Source: an uncultured Verrucomicrobiae bacterium
Lineage (GTDB): Bacteria > Verrucomicrobiota > Verrucomicrobiia > Palsa-1439
DNA: 64,000 bases
Direction: 5' to 3'
Assembly (NCBI GenBank): GCA_963812605.1
Contig: CAWEWF010000001.1
Span: forward strand, 352,001 to 416,000
Shown: positions 30,015-41,517 of the stretch, one piece after another
How positions within the stretch are numbered: the first letter of the stretch is position 1
How the letters are laid out: each line of letters begins with the position of its first letter
The notes under the pieces: generated by a model
The model's database searches: none
What the model saw: only the letters and a program-made list of their open reading frames with translations
What the model was told of the DNA's origin: nothing
Program-made: the position numbers and the translations under genes

Positions 30015-31586
30015 ATGGGCAGAATCCAACGGGCGCTCATCAGCGTCTCGGACAAGGCCGGACTGGTTGATTTTGCGAAGGGATTGCAGGCGTTTGGGGT
30101 CGAGATCGTTTCGACAGGCGGGACGGCTCGCACCCTCAAGGACGCCGGCATTCCGGTCGTCGAAATCAGCGAGTTCACCGGCTTTCCCGAAATGCTCGAT
30201 GGCCGAGTGAAGACGTTGCATCCGAAAGTGCACGGCGCCCTGCTCTACATTCGCGGCAACGCGGAGCATGAAGCCCAGGCAGCCAAACAAGGCATCCAGC
30301 CCATCGACCTTGTGGTGGTAAACCTTTATCCATTCGAGAAGACGGTTGCCAAGCCAGGCGTTTTGCTGAATGAAGCCATTGAGAATATTGACATCGGCGG
30401 GCCGAGTATGTTGCGCAGCGCGGCGAAGAACCACGCCAGTGTCACCGTTGTCGTCGATCCCGCCGATTATCCTGCGGTGCTCCGGGACCTGAAGGAACAC
30501 GGTGGCGACACCTGCGAAATGTTCCGCTGGAAGCTGGCGGTGAAGGTTTTTGAGACGACGGCGCGGTACGACGGTGCCATTGCCCACTACCTGCACGCCG
30601 AGCGAATGCGGGCGAAGGGGGACACGGGAAAAGGGAAAAGCGAGTTGCCCGAGACCTTGCAGTTGTCGCTGAAGAAGGCGCAAGACCTGCGTTACGGCGA
30701 GAACCCCCATCAACAGGCGGCATTGTACGGCGATTTCTTCGAGCACTTCCAGCAACGCCACGGCAAGGAGCTTTCTTACAATAACATCCTCGACCTCACC
30801 GCGGCCGCCGAGTTGGCAATGGAATTTGAAGAACCCACGGTCGCGATCATCAAGCACACCAATCCGTGCGGAGTGGGCAGCGCGCTAACATTAGTCGAGG
30901 CGTGGGACTTGGCGTATGCGACCGACAAGCAGGCGCCCTTCGGGGGCATCATTGCAGTGAATCGCCCGCTCGACGCCGCCATCGCAACGGCCATTGCGGA
31001 GGTTTTCAGCGAGGTAATTGTCGCGCCGGAATTTGAGCCCGGCGCGCTCGCCATCCTGCAGAAGAAGAAAAATCTGCGGCTCATCAAACACTTGCGGCCG
31101 ACCGCCATCGGTTTGGCGCTGCGTTCCGTCACGGGCGGATTGCTCGTCCAGGAGCGCGATACGCGGCTGGTCTCGGCAGCCGACATGAAAGTCGTTACAA
31201 AGCGCCATCCGACGCACGAGGAGCGGCATGCGATCTTGTTCGCCTGGCGGGTGGTCAAGCATGTAAAGTCCAATGCCATCGTTTTTGCGCGGTTCGATAC
31301 CCGCGGAAGTCGAACATTGGGCGTTGGCGCGGGTCAAATGAGTCGCGTGGATTCCTCGAAGATCGCCGTCTGGAAGGCCCGGGAAGCCGGGCTCGATCTC
31401 GGCGGCAGCGTGGTCGCCAGCGACGCTTTTTTCCCGTTCCCCGACGGGGTGATCGCGGCAGCCGAGGCGGGGGCGACAGCAGTCATCCAGCCGGGTGGCA
31501 GCATCCGCGACGCCGAGGTGATTGCGGCGGCGGACGAACGCAACATGGCGATGGTATTTACCGGAATCCGGCATTTCCGGCATTAA
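30015..31586 (+). CDS. purH: Bifunctional AICAR transformylase/IMP cyclohydrolase
   Basis: [44 protein letters not shown]. Confidence 0.97.
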   Translation: MGRIQRALISVSDKAGLVDFAKGLQAFGVEIVSTGGTARTLKDAGIPVVEISEFTGFPEMLDGRVKTLHPKVHGALLYIRGNAEHEAQAAKQGIQPIDLVVVNLYPFEKTVAKPGVLLNEAIENIDIGGPSMLRSAAKNHASVTVVVDPADYPAVLRDLKEHGGDTCEMFRWKLAVKVFETTARYDGAIAHYLHAERMRAKGDTGKGKSELPETLQLSLKKAQDLRYGENPHQQAALYGDFFEHFQQRHGKELSYNNILDLTAAAELAMEFEEPTVAIIKHTNPCGVGSALTLVEAWDLAYATDKQAPFGGIIAVNRPLDAAIATAIAEVFSEVIVAPEFEPGALAILQKKKNLRLIKHLRPTAIGLALRSVTGGLLVQERDTRLVSAADMKVVTKRHPTHEERHAILFAWRVVKHVKSNAIVFARFDTRGSRTLGVGAGQMSRVDSSKIAVWKAREAGLDLGGSVVASDAFFPFPDGVIAAAEAGATAVIQPGGSIRDAEVIAAADERNMAMVFTGIRHFRH

Positions 31587-31604
31587 GACGGGCAAGGAAC
31601 GATT

Positions 31605-32072
31605 ATGGAACGAGCACCGACGCGGGCGAAAATCCTGGTGGTGGACGATGAAGCGCCGATTCGCGAATACGAAAGCGGCTTGCTGGCGGAATTGGGGCAC
31701 GAGGTGATCACCGCCGGTGATGGCGCTGCCGCCTTGCAAGTGGCGCGGGAGCAGCAGCCCGATTTGTTGCTCCTGGACATCATGATGCCCGAGATGTCCG
31801 GCATCGAGGTGTGCCAGCAGTTGCGCGCGGATCCGCGCACGCGGCACATTCGCATTATTGTCGTGTCGGGATTGGACTCGAAGCGGGCGATGGAAGAGAG
31901 TATCATCGCGGGCGCTGACGATTTTCTGGCGAAACCAATCCACGCGCTGGAACTAATGGTGCGGGTGCGCTCGATCCTGCGGGTGCGCCACATTGTGGAC
32001 GAAGAGAAACGGCTCGAAGCCTATGTCAAGAACCTCCAGGCGATGCGTCGCCTGGAGCAACCGGTCAACTAG
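31605..32072 (+). CDS. Response regulator receiver protein (PleD-like N-terminus)
   Basis: ILVVDDE, LLDIMMPEMSG, GADDFLAKP. Confidence 0.9.
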   Translation: MERAPTRAKILVVDDEAPIREYESGLLAELGHEVITAGDGAAALQVAREQQPDLLLLDIMMPEMSGIEVCQQLRADPRTRHIRIIVVSGLDSKRAMEESIIAGADDFLAKPIHALELMVRVRSILRVRHIVDEEKRLEAYVKNLQAMRRLEQPVN

Positions 32073-32103
32073 GAACCAACGTGAATTGCATGAGCGGTGA
32101 CAA

Positions 32104-32673
32104 ATGACGCCCGCGGCGACGATTAGCATTTGGCAAGGCGTCAACCGCGTGACGGACAACGCAACAGGCAGGACCATGTGGCATCGGATGCTCCACCAGT
32201 GTGGAGACGGCCTGTTTTTGTACGCGCGCCAGTTGTGCCGCAACGACGCCGATGCCGCCGACGTGGTGCAGGAGGCCTTTCTCCGCGTCTGGCACAAACA
32301 CGCCAACAACGGCGTCACCGAACCGGATCTCCCGGCGCTTTGTTATTCCGCCGTGCGCTATACCGTGCTCGACCGCCAACGAAAAGCGGCGCGACGCTGG
32401 CGGCGCGAGGTTGCCGCCGGGGAATCTTTATACGAACAGCCGCCGTTGTTTGAATCGTCCCTCGAAAAGGCCGAGGAGCAAGCCAAACTGGAGACGGCGA
32501 TCCGCAAACTACCCGTCGAGCAACGGGAGGTCCTCACGCTGAAAATCTGGGGCGAACTGACCTTTCAGCAGATCGCCACGGTGACCGACGAATCGCCCAA
32601 CACGGTGGCGTCCCGCTACCGGTTGGCGCTCGCCGCGTTGCGGCAACAACTCGCGAAGGCAGGCACACCATGA
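32104..32673 (+). CDS. ECF RNA polymerase sigma factor
   Basis: DAADVVQEAFLRVW, LPVEQREVLTLKIWGELTFQQIA, NTVASRYR. Confidence 0.92.
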   Translation: MTPAATISIWQGVNRVTDNATGRTMWHRMLHQCGDGLFLYARQLCRNDADAADVVQEAFLRVWHKHANNGVTEPDLPALCYSAVRYTVLDRQRKAARRWRREVAAGESLYEQPPLFESSLEKAEEQAKLETAIRKLPVEQREVLTLKIWGELTFQQIATVTDESPNTVASRYRLALAALRQQLAKAGTP

Positions 32674-33063
32674 GTACACCATTCGACACATTGGAACAGC
32701 AACTTAACGCTCTTCGTCCGGCGCGTCTACCGGCAACGGCCCGGCGATCCATCTTGCACGAGATGCAACGACCGGCAACCGGACAGGGGTGGACGTTCTG
32801 GCAGTTCGCTCACCGCACTGGTTTTCAGGTCGCAATGGCCGGCGCCCTTTCACTTATGTTATTGGTGGGCTGGCATTGGCTGTCCCCGATCCCTGCACCC
32901 GGGCTCCCACGCCAATCCGGCGACGGTCATGGCCAGCAACGGGCTGATGCCTTCGCTGGCTTATTGGGAAACTGAACTCGCGGCGGCCTGCCCCATGGGC
33001 GAGAATACCGTTGCCGTGCTCCGTTCGCCTTCGATACTGACAAATCTTCAAATTCGCCGCTGA
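32670..33063 (+). CDS. Putative single-TM anti-sigma factor, probable frameshift near 32900
   Basis: LEQQLNALRP N-terminus and TM; ATGA overlap with sigma; an alternative frame continues ANPATVMASNGLMPSLAYWE...QIRR to TGA 33063. Confidence 0.55.
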
Positions 33064-33095
33064 AGCCGCACCCGCGACACTGACGAGTAACAATT

Positions 33096-36000
33096 ATGGG
33101 CAAGAAAAACCGCAAGCCGACGAAACCAACCACCACCGCTGCTCCGGTCGCAGTTATGACGGCGCCGGCCGCCGCGCCGCCGGAACCGGCGCAAACCCCG
33201 CAGGGTTTTTTCACGCCGCAGGACTGGATCGCGGCGGTGATCACGTTCCTGATCTCCGGCTTTGCGTTCCTTTATTTCATGTCGCCCGAGGTGACGCTGG
33301 AGGACTCCGGCGAACTCGTGACAGGCGCGTTCAACTTCGGCGTGCCCCATCCGCCGGGGTATCCGCTGTGGGCTTTCCTCGGCTGGGTGTGGCGCCATTT
33401 TGTGCCGTTCGGCAATCCCGCGTATCGGATTTGCCTGATGTCGGTGTTGACGGGCGCGCTGGTGGTCGGCGTGCTGACGTTGTTGATGACGCGTTCGATC
33501 ATGATGTTGCTGCGCTCGGTGACCTGGGCGAAGGACCTGGAAGATTCCATGAAGCACTGGATGGCGCTGACGATCGGGTCCGCGGTGGCGCTGCTCTTCG
33601 GTTTTAACCGCGGCGTCTGGTTGTGGGCCTGCGTGCCCGAGATGCGCGCCTTGAATTTGTTCATGTTCATCATCACCGCGTGCACGTTCTTCGCGTGGAT
33701 GATGCGGCCACAACGGTACGGATTTCTGTACGCAACGATCCTCTTCTATGCACTGGGTCTTTGTGTTCACCAGACCATCGTAGTGATGGCCGCGGCGTTC
33801 ATTCCCGGCGCATTCGCCCTGGGACTTTTGTCGGTGTGGGAGCGGCGGCCCTGGCAGACCGCCGTGGTGATGCCGGCGTTGTCCGCGTTTTGGGAACTCA
33901 CGGTGGCGGCCCTCCTCGGGTTGGCGGCCAGCGCGTATGTCGACGCGTGGTTGCAGACAGGACCCGGTGGCGAGGTGCTGGCGCAGAAAGTGAACATGTT
34001 CATTCTTTTCGGTCCGCCGATTCCCGCGACGGCCTTGATTTTCATGCCGGCGGCGCTGGCCGTATTGCTGCTGGTCTGGATGGGGAATGAAGGGTGGCTG
34101 GATCGAAAGAGGGCGCTGATTTGCACCGCGGCGTTTATCATCGGTTGTAGTTGCTACTTCTATATGTCGGTCTCGTCGTCGACGAATCCGCCGATGAACT
34201 GGGGGTACGCCTACACGAAACAGGGATTCCTCCATACCTTTACACGCGGCCAATACGAGAAGCTTAATTTATCCCCGCCCTGGCACAAGGGGTTCTGGAT
34301 CCAGGCCGGGCTCTTCGGCCGCGCGCTGTTGCAGCAGTTCAGCCTGCCACTTGAGTCCGTAGCGCACAAGCTTAATTGGCCAGCCCTTGCAGACTACGAC
34401 TTCCTGCTCGGCCTGCCGCTTATCGCGTTCGCGTTTGGCACGCTGGCGATGCTGATCGGCTGGTGGAAGGACCTGCACGGGCGGGCCCGCGCCTGGCTGA
34501 TCTTTGTCTGGCTGGCGTTCCTGACGACAGGCTTTGTCCTGTTGATGATCATCAACCCGGGCGTCGACAAGCAGAACCAGGAGATCAACATCAAGTTTTT
34601 CGCGCCCGCGCACGGATTCTTTGCGATGATGATTGGGTATGGAATGGCACTGGCGGCGGCATGGGTGTTGGCCCGTTGGAAGCAGTTTCCACGCGGGTTG
34701 ATGAAGGCCTTGTGCGTGGCGTCGCTGGCGTTGCCGTTGGTTTCCTTCGAGCGCAACCTGCGGAGCTGCGATCAGCGCGACCACGACTTCGGCTACCAGT
34801 TCGGCTACCGCATGTTCCGGCCCCTGGGTGGTTATCCGGATATGGATCGGGACGCCGTCCTCTACGGCGGGAACGGATCCGGGCCGTTTCGTGCCGACGT
34901 ATATGATTTTCTGCGAGAGCCGCGTGCCTCCCAAGGATCGCTACCGCGATCCGCATTTCGATTCCGAGGGCAGCCCGAATTTTGACCGCCGCGACGTGTA
35001 TATCATCACCCAAAACGCGCTGGCCGACAGCACCTACATGTCCTACATCCGCGACCACTACGATTACACGCGGCCGGATCCCAACAACCCGCAAACTCTC
35101 GAGCGCCGGCAGCCCTGGCAGCGGGCGGTGTTCCGCTGGGGTTGGACGCATCTCCATCGCGACACCATGTATCCCAAGGAGCCGATTTGGATTCCCAGTG
35201 AATTGGATACACAACATGCGTTTCAGGAGTACATCACCAACGTGCAAGCCGCCAGGCGCACGGCGAGGTGCTCAGCGCCGACGAAAATGTCACGGTCGAA
35301 GGCGGCGCCGTGCAGGTGCGCGGCGTGGCGGGCGTGATGAACATCAACGGCATCCTCACCAAGTGGATTTTCGACCATGCCAAGGACAAGCATTCGTTCT
35401 ACGTCGAGGAGAGCTACGTCATTCCGTGGATGTACCCGTATCTCACGCCGGCCGGGATCATCATGAAGATCAACCACGATCCGCTGCCCAGCCCGCAGCA
35501 GGACCCGAAACTCTGGCAGGACATCGTCAACCGCGACAAGGCTTATTGGAACAAACTCTGTGACGAATTGAACGCGCGCGAGCAGTTCCACCGCGACACC
35601 GACGCGCAGAAGACATTTTCCAAGCTGCGTTCGGCCATCGGCGGCCTCTATGCATCGCGGCAGATGGCGGTGGAGGCGGAATACGCGTTCAAGCAGGCCC
35701 TCCAGCTCTGTCCGGAAAGTCCCGAAGGCAATTTCCGCCTCGCCCAGCTTTACATGGAGCTTGGCCGCACCGACGATGCCCTGGCCACGCTGGAAGCGTT
35801 GCAGAAACTTGACCCGCTCAACGACAAAATCACGGGGGCCATCGACCAAATCAAGAGCATCAAACAGTCGCGGCAGGATGTCCCCCAACTGGAGGCGGCA
35901 TACACGAACAATCCGCACGACTTCGGGTTGTTGAGCCAATTGGCGCAAGCCTACATGAAAGCCGGACAGAAAGACCGTGTTGATACGCTCTTGGGCAGTT

Positions 36001-36308
36001 ATCTGGCGCAAAAAGATATCCCTCCCGACGCCTTTTTACAGGCGGCCCAGGCCTACTGGAATATTGGCCAACACGAATCGGCCATGAGCGCACTGCAAAC
36101 CATGACGGAGCGTTTCCCGCAGGACGCGCGAGGTTATTACTTCATCGCCATGATGAGCGCCATGGTGAACAACACCGCCACGGCCCTCCCCATGCTGGAG
36201 AAAGCCTTCTCCCTGGCGCCGCAGCTTCGAGCGCAGGCAGCGAACGAGCAGCAGTTCATCAATCTTCGCGGCAACCCGGAGTTCCAGCGGCTCGTCGGCA
36301 CTCCTTAA
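33096..36308 (+). CDS. DUF2723 (TMEM260-like) membrane glycosyltransferase with C-terminal TPRs, frameshifts near 34872 and 35250
   Basis: EDSGEL...GVPHPPGYPLW and NPPMNWG; continues GGTDPGRFVPTY...ITQNALAD in ORF 34828, then TPR repeats in ORF 35268..36308. Confidence 0.85.
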
Positions 36309-36314
36309 TGCGCC

Positions 36315-36974
36315 ATGGCGAGGGAGTCTCACGAAGCGAAGCGGGTTCGCGTCAGGAAAATCATCGCGCTCCTGAAACGCGCGCATCCGGACGCGAAACT
36401 GGCGCTGGATTTCTCGGACCCGCTCGAGTTGCTGGTGGCACTGATCCTTGCCGCGCAGGCGCGGGACGATCTCGTCAACCTCGTGACGCCGGAATTATTC
36501 CGCAAGTATCGCACCGCCGCCGCCTACGCTAACGAGAAGGAAGCGGTGCTTCAAAAGCAGGTGAGCCGGATCAATTTCTTCCGCCAAAAGACCCGCTCGA
36601 TCCAGGGGGCGTGCGCAATGTTGGTGAAGGACTTCGACGGGCGGGTGCCCGAGAACATTGACGATCTCCTGAAACTGCCCGGCGTCGGGCGCAAGACCGC
36701 CAACGCCATCCTGGCCAATGCGTTTGGGCAGCCGGCGATTGTGGTCGATACGCATACTTGGCGGTTGTCGCAGCGTCTGGGATTGACGGGCCAGGACACG
36801 CCGGACAAAATCGAGACTGACCTGGCGGCGCTCCTGCCGCGGAAGGAGTGGACGAGATTCTGCCACCTGCTACAGTTCCACGGGCGACGCGTGTGCACGG
36901 CGAGAAATCCCAACTGCCCGAATTGTTCGATTAACAAACTCTGCCCCTGGCCGGAGAAAACGAAGGCGAAGTGA
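36315..36974 (+). CDS. nth: Endonuclease III
   Basis: HhH LPGVGRKTAN, VDTH, C-X6-C-X2-C-X5-C Fe-S motif. Confidence 0.95.
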   Translation: MARESHEAKRVRVRKIIALLKRAHPDAKLALDFSDPLELLVALILAAQARDDLVNLVTPELFRKYRTAAAYANEKEAVLQKQVSRINFFRQKTRSIQGACAMLVKDFDGRVPENIDDLLKLPGVGRKTANAILANAFGQPAIVVDTHTWRLSQRLGLTGQDTPDKIETDLAALLPRKEWTRFCHLLQFHGRRVCTARNPNCPNCSINKLCPWPEKTKAK

Positions 36975-37291
36975 AACCGAAGAAGATTGAAACCGTGAAC
37001 AACATCCTCGCCATCGTGTGGGAGGATGGGCACGAGAGCTATTTCGATTTCGAGACGTTGCGGCGCGCCTGCCCGTGCGCGATGTGCAAGGGCGAGACCA
37101 ATGTGCTCGTCGAGTACAAACCGCCCTCGCAGAAGCTCACGCCGGCCAGCTTTGAACTGCGGAGTTGGCAGTACGTCGGCGGCTACGCCATCCAGCCGCA
37201 ATGGGGCGATGGCCATGCCTCGGGCATCCTGTCGTTCCAATACCTGCGTGACCTCGACCCCGATGCGCCCCGGAAACCGGTCCCGTCGTGA
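36971..37291 (+). CDS. DUF971 / GBBH-like N-terminal metal-binding protein
   Basis: W.DGH, LRRACPCAMC, VGGYA...W.DGHASG. Confidence 0.9.
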   Translation: MKPKKIETVNNILAIVWEDGHESYFDFETLRRACPCAMCKGETNVLVEYKPPSQKLTPASFELRSWQYVGGYAIQPQWGDGHASGILSFQYLRDLDPDAPRKPVPS

Positions 37292-38088
37292 GAATCATCG
37301 ATCCCCACTGTCACATGGTGGCGCGCGTGACGGATGATTACGAACGGATGGCGCTGGCGGGCATTGAGGCTGTCGTCGAGCCGGCTTTCTGGCTTGGTTC
37401 ACCGCGGACCAGCGTCGGCACGTTCATCGACTACTTCGAGATGATTATCGGGTGGGAGACGCAGCGCGCGAAGAACCACGGTATCGAGCATTTTACCTGC
37501 ATCGCAATGAACCCGCGTGAGGCGAACAACGTCCCACTGACGCGGGAAGTTCTGCCGGTCGTGGAAAAGTTTTGTCGCCGCGAGACTTGTGTCGCCGTCG
37601 GCGAGATCGGTTTCGACCGCCAGACCGACGAAGAGGAAGCCGCTATTCGCGCGCAGCTCAAGCTGGCGAAGAAATTCGACATGCCGGCGCTGGTTCACCT
37701 GCCGCACCAATTCAAAAAAGTCGGCGCTGAGCGCACGCTGCGAGTGGTACGGGACGAAGGGATGAATCCCGACAAAATCCTGCTCGACCACAACACCGAG
37801 GAAACGCTGCCGCTTTATGAAGGCACGCGGTTCTGGCGGGGCATCACGGTGTACCCGGTCACGAAAGTCAGCGTGGAACGCGCGGCCAATATGGTCGAGC
37901 AATACGGCGTCGAGCGCCTGCTTGTGAATAGCGCGTGTGATTGGGGCCCATCCGACCCGCTTAGCGTGCCGAAGGTGGTGCTTGAGTTGAAGCAGCGTGG
38001 TTTTCCTGTCGACCAGATCGAACAACTTGTCTTCCACAACCCGCAGGAGTTTTTCGGCCAGAGCGATAAATGGACGTTCAAAGCGTGA
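37288..38088 (+). CDS. TatD-family metallohydrolase (EboB-like subgroup)
   Basis: DPHCHM, TDDYERM...EPAFWLG, GEIG, DHNTEE, NSACDWG.SDPL. Confidence 0.88.
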   Translation: MRIIDPHCHMVARVTDDYERMALAGIEAVVEPAFWLGSPRTSVGTFIDYFEMIIGWETQRAKNHGIEHFTCIAMNPREANNVPLTREVLPVVEKFCRRETCVAVGEIGFDRQTDEEEAAIRAQLKLAKKFDMPALVHLPHQFKKVGAERTLRVVRDEGMNPDKILLDHNTEETLPLYEGTRFWRGITVYPVTKVSVERAANMVEQYGVERLLVNSACDWGPSDPLSVPKVVLELKQRGFPVDQIEQLVFHNPQEFFGQSDKWTFKA

Positions 38089-38156
38089 GGCAGGGCTTCC
38101 GTCGTCGTGGTCGATTTCACTGGAACTCACGGCGGACGGGATTTATACAAGCGCGT

Positions 38157-39068
38157 ATGAAACGCGTCGGGGCGCTAATGAGCTTGGTTTGCGCCATTCT
38201 CTGTGGCGTATATCCGGTGGCGCAAGGCGAGGACGAAGCTTTGCCCGCGGACGTGTACCGCCTCAAGCTGGGGACACTGGATGAAATGAGCGAGCGCAGC
38301 GTGTCGCGGCAGGGCGACATGGCGCTGGGCATCAAGAGCATCACCTGGCAGCACAGCGAATCCGACCATTTCATTTTTCACACCGAGGTGGGCTTTGCGG
38401 TGACGCAGCTTGTCGGCGTGGCGGAGTGGTCGTATGCGGAGATCAAGAAGGACCTGGAGATCACGCAGGATTCGTTCGAACGCAAATGCCACGTCTACGT
38501 GTTTCTCAACGAACCGGCCTGGCAACACTTTGTCGGCGAAGGCAAGATGGAGCCCTGGACCGGCGGCTGGTGCACGGGACGCGAACTCTTCTTCTGGTCG
38601 CGCCCGAATTTCAAGTTCCAGGGCACGACGCTGCCGCATGAGATGACCCATCTGGTGCTCCATCGGTTCGTGGGCGGCGACATTCCGCTGTGGCTCAATG
38701 AAGGGCTGGCGGAATTCGAAGGCTTTCGCCTCTACCGCACGTATCTCAAGACGCGCAATTACACCCTGCCCAATGTTCGGGACCACCTGGAACGCGACCA
38801 GTATATCTCGTTGGACAACCTGACCGGCATGATCGATTATCCGAGGTCGACCGACGAGGTGACGGCGTTCTACACCGAATCGGAGCGGCTGATCAGTTTT
38901 TTGTACTACCAGCACGGCGGGCGGGAACCATTGATGAAATTCCTGAAACTGCAGAGCGAGGGCGCGCGATTTGATTCCGCGTGGCGGGACATCTACGGCA
39001 CCAAGTCCAGCGACCCGCAGGTGTTCGAAAATAAATTTATCGCGTACGTGACCAAGGCGAAGGAATAG
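38157..39068 (+). CDS. Secreted peptidase MA-like (gluzincin) protein
   Basis: Signal peptide; HEMTH followed by PLWLNEGLAE. Confidence 0.8.
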   Translation: MKRVGALMSLVCAILCGVYPVAQGEDEALPADVYRLKLGTLDEMSERSVSRQGDMALGIKSITWQHSESDHFIFHTEVGFAVTQLVGVAEWSYAEIKKDLEITQDSFERKCHVYVFLNEPAWQHFVGEGKMEPWTGGWCTGRELFFWSRPNFKFQGTTLPHEMTHLVLHRFVGGDIPLWLNEGLAEFEGFRLYRTYLKTRNYTLPNVRDHLERDQYISLDNLTGMIDYPRSTDEVTAFYTESERLISFLYYQHGGREPLMKFLKLQSEGARFDSAWRDIYGTKSSDPQVFENKFIAYVTKAKE

Positions 39069-39093
39069 GCAGCGGAGACACGGAGAAATCGCC

Positions 39094-39648
39094 ATGCGCC
39101 TCTATCGTATCGTACCCGGGTTGGTTGCGCTGGTTCTTGCGCTGGGATTGGCGACGAGTTCCCACGCCAAAAGCGATGAGATAGCCGATGTTTCCAAGCT
39201 CCCCCGGGCGGTCCAGAAAACCGTCAAGGAACAGGTCGCCGACGGGAAGATTCTGAAGATACAGAAAGAGACCGTCGACCGCCGAATTGCCTACGGCGTG
39301 GAATGCGCAAAGGGCGAGAAGAAGTGGCAGATCGAAGTGGCGCCCGACGGCAAACTGTTGCTCCGGGCCGAGGAAATGAATTTGACGGATCTCTCCGCCG
39401 CGGTGCAAAAGACCGTTCGAGAACGCGCCGCCAACGGCAAGATTGAATCCATTGCCAACGTCACTGAAAACGGCCAGTCGTATTACGAAGCCGCCGTGAC
39501 CTTCAACGGCCAGGAGAAGACTTTCATTGTCGGCGTGGACGGCAAACTTCTGGACACGCAAATCCCCGACAACCAGGCCCGCCTGCCCGAAGTTCAGGAC
39601 CCGCGAAACGGCGAACCCAAAGGCGGCGGGTACGAGAGGCCGGAATAG
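39094..39648 (+). CDS. Secreted PepSY-like repeat protein
   Basis: Signal peptide; two repeats L..AVQKTV...G+I....Y......DGKLL. Confidence 0.8.
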   Translation: MRLYRIVPGLVALVLALGLATSSHAKSDEIADVSKLPRAVQKTVKEQVADGKILKIQKETVDRRIAYGVECAKGEKKWQIEVAPDGKLLLRAEEMNLTDLSAAVQKTVRERAANGKIESIANVTENGQSYYEAAVTFNGQEKTFIVGVDGKLLDTQIPDNQARLPEVQDPRNGEPKGGGYERPE

Positions 39649-39929
39649 GGTTCCATCACCGTCAGGCTTCACGCATTTGTAACAATTTCGCAATCATTCC
39701 ACCACATGACGCGGCTACTCTTCGCTTCGTAGATAGGCGAGAGTTCCTTCCTCCGCGGAGGGCGGCGGGTAGTTGCGAACCGCCCTCCGCGTTAAGGAAG
39801 ACAGAGAGCGACACCTGCCCGGTTTTTTTCGGAAGCATATCCATCCATTGCACGACACCTTGCGCCGTGTTTATTCTGTGAGTACCATTCAGTCGCAACG
39901 GCTGGTTGAGAAGACGATTGGAGGCAATT

Positions 39930-40948
39930 ATGGCGAAGATGCGAGTGGCACAGGTTTCCCGCCCGAAGGGACCCTTCGAGATTGTTGAACGAGAAATCCC
40001 GACGCCCCGCGCCGGATCGGTGCGCGTCAAAGTACAGGCCTGCGGCGTTTGCCACGGCGATGTGCTGACCAAGGAGGGAAGTATGCCGGGCATCCAATAC
40101 CCGCGAGTTCCCGGCCATGAAGTCATCGGGCTGGTGGATGCCGTCGGCCCCGGGGTTGTCAGCTGGACGCCGGGCGAGCGGGTGGGGATCGGCTGGAATG
40201 GCGGATACTGCGGGCACTGTGATAATTGCCGGCGCGGTGATTTTTTTGTCTGCCAGACGGCCACGCTGATTACGGGTATCACGAGCGACGGCGGTTACGC
40301 CGATTACATGGTCGCCCCCGCCGAAGCGCTCGCGCGGGTTCCCGGCGAGTTGTCCGGGGTTGAGGCGGCGCCGCTCATGTGCGCCGGTCTTACCACATTC
40401 AACGCTCTCCGTAACAGCGGCGCGCGGGCCGGCGAACTTGTGGCCGTCTTGGGGATTGGTGGACTCGGCCACCTCGGAGTGCAATACGCGGTGAAAATGG
40501 GTTTTAAGACGGTGGCCATTGCCCGCGGGAAGGACAAGGAACCATTGGCGCGCCAGCTGGGAGCGTGGCATTACATCGACAGCCAGTCGGAGGACCCGGC
40601 GGCAGAACTGGCAAAACTTGGCGGCGCGAAGGTCGTTCTCGCCACGGTGACAAACGGGGAAGCGATGAGCGCGACCGTCGGCGGGCTGGGCACGCATGGA
40701 ACGTTAATGGTCCTCGGCGCTCCGCCTTCGCTGACGGTGTCGCCGCATCCGCTCATCGGCGGGGAACGATCGATCCGGGGCTGGTATTCCGGCACATCGA
40801 TTGATTCGCAGGACACGCTTTCGTTCAGTGTGCTGTCCGGGTGCGGTCGATGAATGAAGTTTTCCCGCTGGAACGGGTAAGCGAAGCCTACGATCGCATG
40901 ATGAGCGGGAAGGCCCGGTTTCGTGTCGTCCTCACCACCGGGCAATAA
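39930..40948 (+). CDS. Zinc-dependent alcohol dehydrogenase, frameshift near 40840
   Basis: CGVCH, GHE, CGHCDNC..C, GIGGLG; C-terminus RSMNEVFPLERVSEAYDRMMSGKARFRVVL lies in another frame ending TAA 40948. Confidence 0.92.
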
Positions 40949-40953
40949 GCGAA

Positions 40954-41349
40954 CTAGACTTTCTGGATTTTCCCGAAGAATTTGTCCACGAATTTGGCGA
41001 TCAGGGGCAGCGGTTTGCATTGGCCGGAGCTGGCGTTGATAATCCCGAGAATGCACAGCACCAGCGCGCCCACTTCCACGGTGATCAATAGTGGAATTCC
41101 GATGCAAATGAAGCAGAGCGGCACGCAGCACAGGGCGCCGACAAAGGCGCAAATATAAAGAGTGAGCGCCTGTTTCGCGTGATAGAGCGAGTACGCATTG
41201 TTCTTATTCGAGATGCACACAATCGACACGATCAAGCCAACCAAAGCGATGGGGATATAAGCCAGTATCGCCATGGTCTTGCCGCTGTCGATTTCCTGCT
41301 GCGAGAGTTGGGAGCCGGTTGCTGGAGGGGGTGTCGTCGCGTCAGTCAT
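40954..41349 (-). CDS. DUF4870-like membrane protein
   Basis: MAILAY, YHAKQAL, GIINA..G..KPLP. Confidence 0.8.
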   Translation of the reverse strand: MTDATTPPPATGSQLSQQEIDSGKTMAILAYIPIALVGLIVSIVCISNKNNAYSLYHAKQALTLYICAFVGALCCVPLCFICIGIPLLITVEVGALVLCILGIINASSGQCKPLPLIAKFVDKFFGKIQKV

Positions 41350-41472
41350 GGCAATCTCCTTAAGGTTCGAGGGGTTTCCTCGCTCACTGATTTCCCGCGG
41401 ATCCAAGCCCGTCTTCGATAATCCGTGACGCCCTCCCGTGTGTCAATCGCAAATCGAAACCGCCGGGACGCG

Positions 41473-41501
41473 CTCGACGCGGGCGAGAAATTGTGTATAA
41501 T
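41473..41501 (+). promoter_or_regulatory. Candidate sigma70 promoter of the DUF5069 gene
   Basis: CTCGAC-N17-TATAAT, 16 nt before ATG 41518. Confidence 0.45.
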
Positions 41502-41517
41502 GGCGAAACCGACCGCC

